A DNA stretch of 64,000 bases from an uncultured cyanobacterium (GTDB lineage Bacteria > Cyanobacteriota > Cyanobacteriia > Cyanobacteriales > Nostocaceae), in NCBI GenBank assembly GCA_963740315.1, contig CAVUDP010000001.1, forward strand, positions 736,001 to 800,000, read 5' to 3'. The translations under genes and the position numbers were made by a program. The notes below the pieces were generated by a model that saw only the letters and a list, made by a program, of their open reading frames with translations, was not told the origin of the DNA and searched no databases. This document shows, piece by piece, positions 20,411 to 30,177 of this stretch (positions within the stretch are counted from its first letter, which is position 1; every line of letters starts with the position of its first letter).

Positions 20411-20986
20411 CTAATCCCACACAACTGATAAATCTAAAATAAATGCCGGTAATACTTCTTCTCCAGATAAACTTGGAGGAGAATTTACTATTTCTACAGC
20501 TTGCCCTTGACGATAAATTTCTACCTGACGACTTCGTTTAAGCAGCCAGCCTAATTTTACACCCGCAGCTACATACTCTTGCATTTTTTGTTGAATATCG
20601 CTTAAATCGTCGGATGGTGACATCAACTCTAATACAAAATCTGGAGCAATCGGTGGAAACTTTTCTCGCTGTTGTTGGCTAAGTGAATTCCACCGTTCTA
20701 ACTGTATCCAAGATACATCGGGAGAGCAATCGCAACCGTTGGGAAGTTTGAAGCAGGTAGAAGAATCAAATACTTTACCGAGTTTGGTTTTGCGGTTCCA
20801 AATTACAAATTCTGCATTTATTTCTGAGTTACAGCTTCCGGTTTCTCCTCCGCTTGGTGACATGACAATTAATTCTCCCGATTGATTGCGTTCTAATTTT
20901 ACATCGGGATTATCCCGACATAGTTGATAAAATTGGTCGTCTGTAAGGTTCATGACGTTGTTAAAATTGATGGTGATAGCAGTCAT
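20411..20986 (-). CDS. Uma2 family (PD-(D/E)xK) endonuclease-like protein
   Basis: GELIVMSP, FDSSTCFKLPNG, SPDVSW, APDFVLELMSPSD; start ATG 20986. Confidence 0.9.
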   Translation of the reverse strand: MTAITINFNNVMNLTDDQFYQLCRDNPDVKLERNQSGELIVMSPSGGETGSCNSEINAEFVIWNRKTKLGKVFDSSTCFKLPNGCDCSPDVSWIQLERWNSLSQQQREKFPPIAPDFVLELMSPSDDLSDIQQKMQEYVAAGVKLGWLLKRSRQVEIYRQGQAVEIVNSPPSLSGEEVLPAFILDLSVVWD

Positions 20987-21096
20987 CGCTGCGGGTACCT
21001 CATAAATCAACAGGTTTTTAATTTTTGTAAAGACACGAAACGAGTGCGCTACTACTAAACATGATATAAGACACAAAGAGGATTCGAGATAATTTA

Positions 21097-21540
21097 ATGG
21101 CTGAAATAACTGTAAAAATAGTTGATTGGGAAGAGTATCCGGTAATTGAGATTATTAGAAGAAGGGTATTTCAAGACGAACAAAAAGTAGGAGCAGAATT
21201 AGATTTTGACGGTAAAGATAAATTTTGTCCGCAGTTAATTGCTTATTTAGATAATGTTGTGGTGGGTACCGCAAGAATTCGATATTTAAATGAAAAAACA
21301 GCGAAAATTGAAAGGTTAGCAGTTTTATCTTATGCAAGAGGGAACGGTATTGGTAAAAAAATTATGCAAAAAGCTTTGGAGGTAATAGCGAGTGAAAATA
21401 TATCCGAAGTTACGATTAACGCTCAGGAATATATCAAAGGATTACATGAAAAATTAGGTTTTGAACAAGTTGGAGAAGCTTTTCTAGAAGCCGGAATTCC
21501 TCATGTGAAAATGGTAAAAAGGTTAAAGGTTAAAGGTTAA
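21097..21540 (+). CDS. GNAT acetyltransferase (ElaA/YjcF-like)
   Basis: IRRRVFQDEQ, VGTARI, IERLAV...RGNGIG, FLEAGIPHVKM. Confidence 0.9.
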   Translation: MAEITVKIVDWEEYPVIEIIRRRVFQDEQKVGAELDFDGKDKFCPQLIAYLDNVVVGTARIRYLNEKTAKIERLAVLSYARGNGIGKKIMQKALEVIASENISEVTINAQEYIKGLHEKLGFEQVGEAFLEAGIPHVKMVKRLKVKG

Positions 21541-21684
21541 AGGTTTTGAATGGGTGTGGGCAATAGTTAGGAGTTATAGGATTTTAGATTTTAGATTAAG
21601 AATTAAAAGTTAATTTCTCCTTGTCTCCTTGTCTCCTTGTCTCCTTGTCTCCCCATCCCCCCTCTCCCCCCTCTCTCTCTCCCC

Positions 21685-24156
21685 ATGAATTTGCTGATTC
21701 TCACAACAATTTGGCTGCTCGGTGCAATTTGCGATCGCGTTTGGTTTTTCTTGGATAAATCTATTCCGTCTTGGGATCAAGCCGATTATTTAACTGGTAG
21801 TTTAAATTATTTACAGGCTTTACAAAATCCCGATTTATTAAATGGGGAATGGTGGCAAAATTTATGGTTATTGTCTACAAAAATACCGCCATTTACTTAC
21901 ATCATCACGGCTTTTATTCAAAATATTTATGGTAAGGGATACGATGAAACAACTTTGGTAATGGTTATTTTCAGTGCTGTTTTAATCTTATCGGTGTATG
22001 GTTTAGGCAAAATACTATTTAGCGATACAGTTGGTTTATGGGCGGCAGCTTTGTGTCAAGTAATGCCGGGTTTATATCGATATCGTCTGGAATTTCTCTT
22101 AGATTATCCCCTGGCAGCAGTAGTTACCTTAAGTTTCTTTTGTCTCACCCTTTGGTTTTTCACTAACTTCTCTCCCCCTCCTCTTTCCTACGCAATATTC
22201 TTCGGTTTATCCTTCGGTTTAGCGTTAATGGTAAAGCAGACGGCGCTATTTTTTCTAATAACGCCAATAATTTGGGTTGTAATTGCAACGATACGCAAAG
22301 GTTTGTGGGGGAGATTATTACAATTAATTGGTGCTTTAGGTTTATCTACATTAGTGTTTGGTTGGTGGTATCGTACTAATTGGCTGCTGATTTTAACTTC
22401 CGGTAAACGAGCAACCGTAGACTCTGCGTTCGCTGAAGGTGAAGCACCTTTAAATACTTTAGAAGCTTGGACTTTTTATTGGCATCAATTACCATCACAA
22501 GTTTCTTTACCCTTATTATTAGTTCCCATATTTGCATTATTACTTTACTGGGGAAAATCTAAAGAAAACAGAAGAAAAGCAAAGGGAATAGAATTATCAA
22601 TTGCTTTAAAATGGTTAGGAATCTTCTTAATTGGCGGTTATTTTTTATCCTGTTTAAATCCTAATAAAGATTATCGTTATGTATTGCCGTATTTACCAGT
22701 TTTATCAGTATTTTTAGCCTATGGTTTAACTCGTTTTCAAGGAACTTTAGGAAAGCGTATCCGTTGGGGTACTTTTGCTTTAGCGATACTTTTAATGTTG
22801 TTTAATCTATTCCCCATCGGTGGAATCCCCGGATATTGGCTAACCAAAGCACTCAGCGATAAAATCCAACATTATCCTTATTTGGGAGCAAAATTACCTC
22901 ATTCCCAAGTAATAAGCCAAATTATCCAAACCGAACCATATTTGATTTCAACATTGGGAGTATTACCTTCAACGCCGCGAATAAACCAGCATAATTTCAA
23001 TTATTACGGAGCGTTGAAAAATTTCCAAGTATACGGGAGACAGGTAGGAACTCAAAAGCGCTTTGTAGAGAAAGATGCGCGTTCGATTTCTTGGTTTTTA
23101 ACTAAATCTAAAAAACAGGGTTCCGTACCCAAAGCACAAAAGAAAATTAGAAAAGTTGTCGAACAAAACGGTAATTTCCAGTTAAATAAAACTTGGAATT
23201 TACCCGATGGCAGTCTGCTTAAACTTTATCATCAACAGAATCCACCTGTTGTTGTAGAAAAGGTTGGAGATGGGGAGATAAGGGAGAGAGGGGGTAGAGG
23301 GGGTAGAAATAATAATATTAGTTTACAAAAGGTTGAAGTATCGGGAATAGCACCACCGGGAAATCCGGTTCCCGTAACTTATATTTGGGAAGGTAATTGG
23401 GAAGAATTAAAAAATGGTTTGGTGTTATTAACTTGGAAAAATAATGACGATTCAAAATGGATTCACGACCACGGAATTGCTTTCGGAAAGTTGTATACTG
23501 ATGGTATCAAACCAGTGGGTAAATTCCAAATCACTGAAAGAATGGCGATGCTACCACCTGCCGATATTAAAAATGGAAATTATACCTTAGAAGCAACTTA
23601 TCTGAATAAAATCACCGGAGAAACTTATCCGATCGAAATTCCAACAACAACTTTACAAATAGATTCCCAAGCAACACCTTCCCCAGCGCCAGAATTAGAT
23701 TTATCAACACAATTACGTACCTTAGCAGCGACTTTACCCCAAGGAATTAAAGCATTAGATAAAGTCTTTAACGAAATAGGACGCATCAATCAATACGATC
23801 CAAATCAATATTACCTAGTACAAACACGTAAAGCATTAGAATATCGGTTGCAACAGGGGCAAAACCTGAAATACGCTTATAGCATTGCATTAACTAATAT
23901 ATTGCAGCGAAAACCAGAAATGGCGATCGCATCGTTAAAAAGAGTAACCCAATTAGACGCAGATAACCCCTACGCTTGGGCATACCTAGCATTCGTACAG
24001 CTTTACGACTTCCAAGGAGCAGCAGCAGAAAAATCCCTACAGCCAGCGTTAGCAAAGATACCAGACGTTACAGAAATTCAATACTTATCGGGAATCGCGG
24101 CACTACAACAAGGTAAATTAATCAAAGTATGGCAAGTTGTGAATAGATTATTGTAG
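21685..24156 (+). CDS. GT-C fold (family 39/ArnT-like) phospholipid-carrier glycosyltransferase with C-terminal TPR
   Basis: PSWDQADYL, KIPP, many TM helices, NKDYRYVLP, C-terminal TPR-like NPYAWAYLA; start ATG 21685. Confidence 0.85.
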   Translation: MNLLILTTIWLLGAICDRVWFFLDKSIPSWDQADYLTGSLNYLQALQNPDLLNGEWWQNLWLLSTKIPPFTYIITAFIQNIYGKGYDETTLVMVIFSAVLILSVYGLGKILFSDTVGLWAAALCQVMPGLYRYRLEFLLDYPLAAVVTLSFFCLTLWFFTNFSPPPLSYAIFFGLSFGLALMVKQTALFFLITPIIWVVIATIRKGLWGRLLQLIGALGLSTLVFGWWYRTNWLLILTSGKRATVDSAFAEGEAPLNTLEAWTFYWHQLPSQVSLPLLLVPIFALLLYWGKSKENRRKAKGIELSIALKWLGIFLIGGYFLSCLNPNKDYRYVLPYLPVLSVFLAYGLTRFQGTLGKRIRWGTFALAILLMLFNLFPIGGIPGYWLTKALSDKIQHYPYLGAKLPHSQVISQIIQTEPYLISTLGVLPSTPRINQHNFNYYGALKNFQVYGRQVGTQKRFVEKDARSISWFLTKSKKQGSVPKAQKKIRKVVEQNGNFQLNKTWNLPDGSLLKLYHQQNPPVVVEKVGDGEIRERGGRGGRNNNISLQKVEVSGIAPPGNPVPVTYIWEGNWEELKNGLVLLTWKNNDDSKWIHDHGIAFGKLYTDGIKPVGKFQITERMAMLPPADIKNGNYTLEATYLNKITGETYPIEIPTTTLQIDSQATPSPAPELDLSTQLRTLAATLPQGIKALDKVFNEIGRINQYDPNQYYLVQTRKALEYRLQQGQNLKYAYSIALTNILQRKPEMAIASLKRVTQLDADNPYAWAYLAFVQLYDFQGAAAEKSLQPALAKIPDVTEIQYLSGIAALQQGKLIKVWQVVNRLL

Positions 24157-24437
24157 GGTGTGTTACGGCACGAATAAATATTGTTTGAGGTTACTAATTA
24201 ATGCTCAGAAGTCGGGTTTTTAGAATACGTATCTGTAATACACTTACAAATTTTATAAAAACCCGACTTCTCAACCGTAGCCGAGCCGTGTCAAATTGTG
24301 ATCCTTAAGTAACGCACCATCCGAATATTGTTGTTAATTAACTAACAACTATAAAGATTGTAGGGTGTGTTACGGCACGAATAAATATTGTTCGAGATTA
24401 CTATTTCAATTATGCCGTAACGCACCATCCGAATATT
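24153..24437. repeat. Two direct copies of a GTAG-REP-like element (GTAGGGTGTGTTACGGCAC...GTAACGCACCATCC); the first carries a nested insertion
   Basis: Copies start at 24153 and 24360. The first has ~105 extra bp containing the inverted repeat AGAAGTCGGGTTTTT...AAAAACCCGACTTCT. Confidence 0.8.
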
Positions 24438-24443
24438 GCTAAA

Positions 24444-24818
24444 TCATAAAGTATAATAACTCAAAATCTGATAAACCTCATCCACCGCATTATCTCTACT
24501 AAATTGAAATTCCCTCGGTAAATCATCGCCAGAAATCCAAACTTTAATTTCAGCATCTAAATCTATAGTACCGGCACTTTCCTTACTAAAATATTTAATC
24601 GACTTATAAGGAATCGTTAAAAACTCAGTTTTCTTACCCGTCATTCCTTGCTTATCAATTAAAATGATTCTTTTATTTGTAAAAACAACCAAATCTCTGA
24701 TTAATTTAAAGGCTTTATGCATACTTTCTCCTTCAATCATCAAAGAAGCAAGTTCCCTTTCCAACTTCTCCGGATTTACCTCGGATGCATTACCCATCAT
24801 TCCGCTGAAAAGTCCCAT
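24444..24818 (-). CDS. Bacterial PH domain protein (YjqA-like)
   Basis: MGLFSGMMGNAS, AFKLIRD..VFTNKR, DKQGMTGKK, ESAG..DLDAE. Confidence 0.9.
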   Translation of the reverse strand: MGLFSGMMGNASEVNPEKLERELASLMIEGESMHKAFKLIRDLVVFTNKRIILIDKQGMTGKKTEFLTIPYKSIKYFSKESAGTIDLDAEIKVWISGDDLPREFQFSRDNAVDEVYQILSYYTL

Positions 24819-24889
24819 AATGTTGCCTGTATTAAACAATAAATTTGATTGATTCTAACTTATAAAACTTAAAAACAGCATTTACGAAT

Positions 24890-25195
24890 AGCCCCCCTTA
24901 AGAAGGGGGGTTGGGGGGATCTAATTGTGTGGAATACCAATTAACCTGGCGATTGAATGTGCCGCACCTTATAAAATAGAAAAATATTTCGTGTAATTAG
25001 AAAACCTGGCGATTCAATGTGCCGCACCTGGCGGTGAACGCGGCTACACAAACAAAACCTGCCTCCGCAGGTTTCAATAATATTAATTTAATTAGTCCAC
25101 GCAGGTGGACAATGAGCGGTGTAGACGCGGTAACAAAGCGCCAGATTTTTATACTTCGCCTGTGTAGCAGCGGTAACAAAGCGCCAGATTTTTAA
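24890..25195. repeat. Cluster of small dispersed repeats / MITE remnants
   Basis: CCCCCTTAAGAAGGGGGGTTGGGGGGATCT (related copy at 28862); duplicated AACCTGGCGATT(G/C)AATGTGCCGC; GCGGCTACACAAACAAAACCTGCCTCCGCAGGTT (related inverted copy at 30281-30334); GTCCACGCAGGTGGAC. Confidence 0.75.
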
Positions 25196-25208
25196 TAATG
25201 CAAACAAT

Positions 25209-26183
25209 TCACTTCGTCTGAAAAATATTCTGCACCATCTTCTTATCACTACCAGCAGCTGCCTTATCCAATTCTGCAATCTCCCCAGCATCCAAATTCC
25301 AACCCAAAGCCCCAATATTCTGCCGTGCTTGCTCCCCATTCTTAGCGCCAGGAATCGGAATTGTACCTTTACAAATACACCAATTAATAGCAACCTGAGA
25401 CATCGTTTTATTTCTAGATTCCGCCACTTCTCGCAAGCATTCCAATACCGATTTTGCACCAGGAATTAATTGTCTAAATAGAAAATTTCTAATACCTTTG
25501 GGATAATGCTTTTTATCTGTATATTTCCCCGTCAAAATTCCCAAACATAAAGGGCTATAGGCAATTAATTTTATTCCCAATTCGTCGCAAACTTCCTTAA
25601 CTCCCAACTCCGTTACCGGATAAGTTGATAATAATGAATACTGTACCTGCAAAGTGGCGATCGCTATACCTCTTTCCGCAAATTTCTTATGTACCTTCCT
25701 CAATCTTTTAGAGCCATAATTCGATAAACCCACTCCCTTAACCAAACCTTGTTCGTACAAATCACCCAGCCCATCCAATAAAGCCCATTCTTGCCAAGGA
25801 AAATAGTTCGCCGTTGACCAGTGCATCTGTACTAAATCGATATTTTTTCCCAAGCGTTTCGCGGAAGCTTTACCAGCAGACACCATCGCACCTCTAGTTA
25901 ACCTCCAAGGATAAGCAGCAAGCTTGGTAGCAATGCAGATATCGTTTTTATTTACACCGTCATATTCTTTCGTAAAACGTCCTAAAAGCTTCTCACTTTG
26001 CCCGTTTAGCTTTCCCGTACCGTAGGAATCGCCAGTATCAAATAAAGTTACACCGTTGCTGACACAAAGGTTAAATACCTCTTGCAAATCATCATCCATA
26101 CTGCGATCGTATCCCCAAAGCACCTGATTACCCCATGCCCAAGTTCCGCAACCCATCGTAGGAAATAAAATTTGGTTATCCAT
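25209..26183 (-). CDS. Aldo/keto reductase
   Basis: GCGTWAWG, FDTGDSYG, IATK, DLVQMHW, VGLSNY, IAYSPL, PIPGAK. Confidence 0.95.
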   Translation of the reverse strand: MDNQILFPTMGCGTWAWGNQVLWGYDRSMDDDLQEVFNLCVSNGVTLFDTGDSYGTGKLNGQSEKLLGRFTKEYDGVNKNDICIATKLAAYPWRLTRGAMVSAGKASAKRLGKNIDLVQMHWSTANYFPWQEWALLDGLGDLYEQGLVKGVGLSNYGSKRLRKVHKKFAERGIAIATLQVQYSLLSTYPVTELGVKEVCDELGIKLIAYSPLCLGILTGKYTDKKHYPKGIRNFLFRQLIPGAKSVLECLREVAESRNKTMSQVAINWCICKGTIPIPGAKNGEQARQNIGALGWNLDAGEIAELDKAAAGSDKKMVQNIFQTK

Positions 26184-26245
26184 CTTTTAATTAGGTTTAA
26201 ATTATTTGTAGATGTCCTAACTTTATTATTTATTCAAACGGTATC

Positions 26246-26908
26246 TTAATATATTTTATTTATTAAAGATCGATCTTTCTCTATAGATAGCTGTCTTTCA
26301 ATCATCTCTATTTCTCTGAGATGATTTCGTTTATTTAAGTGTTTTGATTTCAAATTATTAGATATATGAGAAGCAAAATCAACTGCATCATTAAAACTAT
26401 TTGATTCTTGCAATGCTCGATAAAATTCTCGAATTTCTGGAGGTGAAGGATCGACAAATGTCCGTAATTCAGTAATATCAAGTCTACGGTTGAATTCGTT
26501 GACAATATGTCGCCATTGATGCAGAAGCCAAAATAAATCTCGATATTTGCGTTCGGCAAAAACACCAGATGTAATGGCTGTTTCTGTTACTGACATTAAT
26601 AGTCGTGGGTACACTACCGGATGCTCTATACTATCTATATTTAGATTAAAGCGAGAATCCGATAAAATTGCTTTATTACTTTGAAATTCGCGATACAAAG
26701 CTAATAAAATTACTCTCCTTTGTTCTTTTACGGATGCCCATCTTTCGGCAAAAATACCTGTTAATGTTGCGAGTAAACCAATAGCTGTTAATGCCGGTTC
26801 AAAGCGATAATCAAGCTGTGGATCTGCGATAAACCAAATAATAGCTAAAATTAACCCGCTAACTAAAGAACAGAAAGTCACGAAACTAACAATATTTTTT
26901 ATATTCAT
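26246..26908 (-). CDS. Hypothetical protein, two N-terminal TM helices plus a helical soluble domain
   Basis: 220-aa ORF; hydrophobic residues ~6-27 and ~38-54; starts 6 nt after the methyltransferase stop. Confidence 0.8.
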   Translation of the reverse strand: MNIKNIVSFVTFCSLVSGLILAIIWFIADPQLDYRFEPALTAIGLLATLTGIFAERWASVKEQRRVILLALYREFQSNKAILSDSRFNLNIDSIEHPVVYPRLLMSVTETAITSGVFAERKYRDLFWLLHQWRHIVNEFNRRLDITELRTFVDPSPPEIREFYRALQESNSFNDAVDFASHISNNLKSKHLNKRNHLREIEMIERQLSIEKDRSLINKIY

Positions 26909-26914
26909 TTTTTA

Positions 26915-28075
26915 TTAATTATTCCATACTGCACTTGCAAGTGAAGAATTATTTTCATCATCACTTACAGTTCCGTTAGGAGCAAGTAAAATTAAATCCA
27001 TACCAAATTGATTCCTATTATTTGGTTCTGAAAGCGTATTTATTCTATCAATAATTGATAATTTACTTTCTGATATAAGTTCATCAATACCAGAGCGAGT
27101 ATATTTTCTAGTCAATAACAAGCGAATCGTATCTTGGTCGAGAAAATTAATTATTGACCTATCGAGTAACATCACTTTATCTACTTTTCCAGTAATGTTA
27201 CGATAAACAGCTTTTAATAAAATTGCTTTATCTGGCTTTTCGATAGAACTTTCAAAGAAAACGCTATTTAAATCAATATCTAAATCTGTGTGTTGAAGTA
27301 AAGCGCTAGTTACAAACTCTTTAAAAGATTTACTATTATCGTACTCATTAACCGTATCTTGTAATGCTTGATTGCTCAAATCTTTCGTAGAGGCTACTTC
27401 TATAAGAAATTTATCTTCAGAACGCATTAATTTTGATAGAGTTTGCAAAATCTTAGCATCGTCCTCAAAATTAGCAAGTGTATTTCCTAAAAGAGAAAAT
27501 AATACAGGGGTATCTCCTACAACTCGATCTAATAACTTTCGTAAATCGCTGATACTCTTAGAAGTTGAAAAATCTACTTGAACTGGTAGAATTTGGCTAC
27601 CTTTTAATTGCAGCCCTTTAGCAACTCCTTGAACACCCAACCTGAGCATTTCCGCACTCATATCAACCGGAAAATATAGTAAATCGGGATTAGTTTTAAG
27701 AAATAAACGTAAAAGACTTCTATCCTTCATTCCCGTACCTACACCTAAGCTGACATAGTGATATTTGTTATCCTCTAGTTTTGATTGAATTTGATGCCAT
27801 CGACCTCCGAACGAATCAATACCTTCCTTCATAACCACGTACAATGGATCGTTACAGGCATAAGCCCAAGCAATTGTCGGACCTATCCCCCAGTACGCAA
27901 AACCCGATGGAATCTGTTTTTCATCTCCGGTTTTAGAGAATCCTTTTCTTAGATGCTTGGTGAATTCGGTTAATTTCTTTGATTGTTCTTCTCCTCCTAC
28001 AAAGCAAAGAGTCCATCCCAAAACTCCTTCGCTGACAGAATCTTCAAGTAGCTCCTCAAAATTAAAGTTCACCAT
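26915..28075 (-). CDS. SAM-dependent methyltransferase of the EgtD/Methyltransf_33 (L-histidine N-alpha-methyltransferase-like) fold, atypical
   Basis: YVSLGVGTGMKD (cf. ELGSG..K), YFPVDMS.EML, QVDF, SLLGNTLANFE (cf. FLGSTIGNF), TIRLLLTRKY; start ATG 28075. Confidence 0.75.
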   Translation of the reverse strand: MVNFNFEELLEDSVSEGVLGWTLCFVGGEEQSKKLTEFTKHLRKGFSKTGDEKQIPSGFAYWGIGPTIAWAYACNDPLYVVMKEGIDSFGGRWHQIQSKLEDNKYHYVSLGVGTGMKDRSLLRLFLKTNPDLLYFPVDMSAEMLRLGVQGVAKGLQLKGSQILPVQVDFSTSKSISDLRKLLDRVVGDTPVLFSLLGNTLANFEDDAKILQTLSKLMRSEDKFLIEVASTKDLSNQALQDTVNEYDNSKSFKEFVTSALLQHTDLDIDLNSVFFESSIEKPDKAILLKAVYRNITGKVDKVMLLDRSIINFLDQDTIRLLLTRKYTRSGIDELISESKLSIIDRINTLSEPNNRNQFGMDLILLAPNGTVSDDENNSSLASAVWNN

Positions 28076-28342
28076 ACTGTCTTTTATCCTTCGCTGCACG
28101 CTTGCTTTGATGTTTCATATAATTCTAAGATAAAGTAAGCATACTTAAGTATATCTTTTACTTTTAGATAACAAAGATATTCATTGTTAGTCTTGCAGTT
28201 AGCAATGAAATTCCTTTGTCAAGTATTTTGTATACAACTTTTTATTATTCGGGCAAATCAAACAGATTATATTTAACACCAAACTTTTCATATCTTTCCA
28301 AATATTCATTATCAACATGAAGGGTTCGATTTTTGCTTATAT

Positions 28343-28564
28343 TTATAAAAGAGTAATAAATTCATCTACACTTAAATCTGCTTGACGAATTATTGCACGC
28401 AAAGTACCTTTGTCTAATTCTTTATGATTTGGAACAGTAACTGTGGTTCTAGGTTCTTCTCGAATTAAAATAATATGACTTCCACGCTGTCTATCTACGA
28501 AAAAATCTACTTTTTCTAAAGCCTTTATACATTCCGTACCAGAAATAACAGGTAACTGACTCAT
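28343..28564 (-). CDS. hicA: Type II TA toxin HicA
   Basis: RQRGSHIIL, VTVPNHKELDKGTLRAIIRQA. Confidence 0.93.
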   Translation of the reverse strand: MSQLPVISGTECIKALEKVDFFVDRQRGSHIILIREEPRTTVTVPNHKELDKGTLRAIIRQADLSVDEFITLL

Positions 28565-28785
28565 ACTATTACAATTTCAACTTTATCCTCTGGAACAAAC
28601 TCACCTCTATCTTGTAAAACTTCAATATAAAGTGATATTGCTTCTTCAATATTAGCTAAAGCTTCTTCACGAGATTTACCTTGACTAATGCAACCAGGTA
28701 AACTCGGAACTTCAACAACAAAATAACCATTTTCACCAGGATAAAGTAATACTTTGCGTTTTGATTTTGTTTGCGATTGTGGCAT
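28561..28785 (-). CDS. hicB: Type II TA antitoxin HicB (short, no DNA-binding domain)
   Basis: VPSLPGCISQGKSREEALANIEEAI; 4-nt overlap with hicA. Confidence 0.93.
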   Translation of the reverse strand: MPQSQTKSKRKVLLYPGENGYFVVEVPSLPGCISQGKSREEALANIEEAISLYIEVLQDRGEFVPEDKVEIVIV

Positions 28786-28846
28786 GGTGATTCTTTTATA
28801 TTTTGCATCACATAATTATAGCTCAAAGAAAACTGTTATTTATAAA

Positions 28847-28922
28847 TAGGACTTACGCAAAGCCCCCCAATAATACGGGGGGTTGGGGGGATCTAAAACT
28901 TTAGGATGCTTGTAAGTTCCTA
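28847..28922. mobile_element. Small MITE-like element with imperfect terminal inverted repeats
   Basis: TAGGACTTACGCA ... TGCTTGTAAGTTCCTA enclosing a CCCCCC...GGGGGGTTGGGGGGATCT repeat. Confidence 0.55.
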
Positions 28923-28928
28923 TAACTA

Positions 28929-29552
28929 TTAATCAAATGAATCAAATATCTGTCTATCAACAACTTCGCCATTAGGTAATGTCACGTCTTGCAAAGTATT
29001 GCCAGCGAAATCACTTAAATCGGCTCCTCGCGCATTCTTAAAATTACAATTAAAAAAATGATTTTCACTCAAACTTAGGTAGCCAAAAGTAGCAGCCTCA
29101 AAATTAATAGATTGAAAACCACACATAGAAAACCAACTCATCTCTATATTAACTTTCTTAAAACTACTTCTTAAAAATGCACCTTCTTGTAAAAATGACT
29201 GACTCAAATCTGCTCTTTCAAAATTACAATTTTCCAAAAACGAAAAACTTAAATCGCTTTGCATTAATTTAGCACCTACAAGACTGACTTCAATCCATTT
29301 GCATTCACTAATATCAGCTTTACACAGTTTAGCGTTATCGAAATTGACTTTATTCATTTCAGAGCCATTTAAATCAGTTTGAGATAAATTTGCGCTTTTT
29401 AAATTTACATTTTCAATAATACATCCTCTTAAATTAGAACGAGTAAGGTTAATACCTTCTAAATTAATATTTACTAAATCATCCGGTAAATTTATACCAA
29501 TAAAATCTCTTTCCCCTCTACTGTATCGCCGAAGTAATTCTTCTAAATCCAT
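28929..29552 (-). CDS. Pentapeptide repeat protein
   Basis: EELLRRYSRGERDF N-cap followed by degenerate A(D/N)Lxx repeats; LPNG C-cap. Confidence 0.9.
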   Translation of the reverse strand: MDLEELLRRYSRGERDFIGINLPDDLVNINLEGINLTRSNLRGCIIENVNLKSANLSQTDLNGSEMNKVNFDNAKLCKADISECKWIEVSLVGAKLMQSDLSFSFLENCNFERADLSQSFLQEGAFLRSSFKKVNIEMSWFSMCGFQSINFEAATFGYLSLSENHFFNCNFKNARGADLSDFAGNTLQDVTLPNGEVVDRQIFDSFD

Positions 29553-29577
29553 TATTCTGAATTAAATTATTTATTTA

Positions 29578-29922
29578 TTAAAACAGTAACGGTTCAATTC
29601 TTGCTTGTACCTCTTCAACTATACTTTCTGGTACAGTCTCGACGAATTGAACATTTCTAACCTTCCAATCAAGACATTTAATTTGGTCTGTAAGAATAAC
29701 TCCATAAGTTTTGAGTTCGGAAGGTAAAACAACTTCAAAAGGATAACCTTTCTGTTGACTAGTTATCGGTAAAAATAAACCTAAAGAAGTTTTCTGATTG
29801 TAAATATAGGGAGAAATTACAAAAGCAGGTCTATACCCTCGTTGTTCGTGACCTTTCGTAGGATTAAAATCCAAATAAACAATATCTCCTCTACTAGGAA
29901 TATATTCGTTAGTTTGTGTCAC
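29578..29922 (-). CDS. mazF: MazF/PemK family endoribonuclease toxin
   Basis: PSRGDIVYLDFNPTKGHEQRGYRPA, PITSQQKGYPFEV, DQIKCLDW. Confidence 0.95.
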   Translation of the reverse strand: MTQTNEYIPSRGDIVYLDFNPTKGHEQRGYRPAFVISPYIYNQKTSLGLFLPITSQQKGYPFEVVLPSELKTYGVILTDQIKCLDWKVRNVQFVETVPESIVEEVQARIEPLLF

Positions 29923-30161
29923 CAGCTTTCATTCCCTTTTGCAACTCCGCTATCAATTTCATGATGAAGATTGTCCGGAGTAATTTCTTTAACAAGTTGA
30001 TTTAAAGTATATTTATTGCGTTTTCTTGGCTTCAATACCAAATTTCCATCAACAATATCAAGCTTGACTTGTGAACCTTCAGCTAAATCAATTTCTTTAG
30101 CAATGTTTTGAGGAATGCGAATCGCAAGACTGTTACCCCATTTCGCAATTATTGAAAACAT
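29919..30161 (-). CDS. mazE: MazE/AbrB family antitoxin
   Basis: KWGNSLAIRIP, ITPDNLH.EID.G...G.E.W; overlaps the mazF start. Confidence 0.95.
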   Translation of the reverse strand: MFSIIAKWGNSLAIRIPQNIAKEIDLAEGSQVKLDIVDGNLVLKPRKRNKYTLNQLVKEITPDNLHHEIDSGVAKGNESW

Positions 30162-30177
30162 TTAAATTATTTTACCT

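Noticed and set aside
24997..25459. ORFs 24997-25179 and 25088-25459
   Set aside because: Translations of dispersed repeat DNA and an alternative frame of the aldo/keto reductase.
26915..28075. Calling this gene egtD (ergothioneine biosynthesis)
   Set aside because: Substrate-binding motifs diverge and no other egt genes are adjacent; only fold-level similarity is supported.
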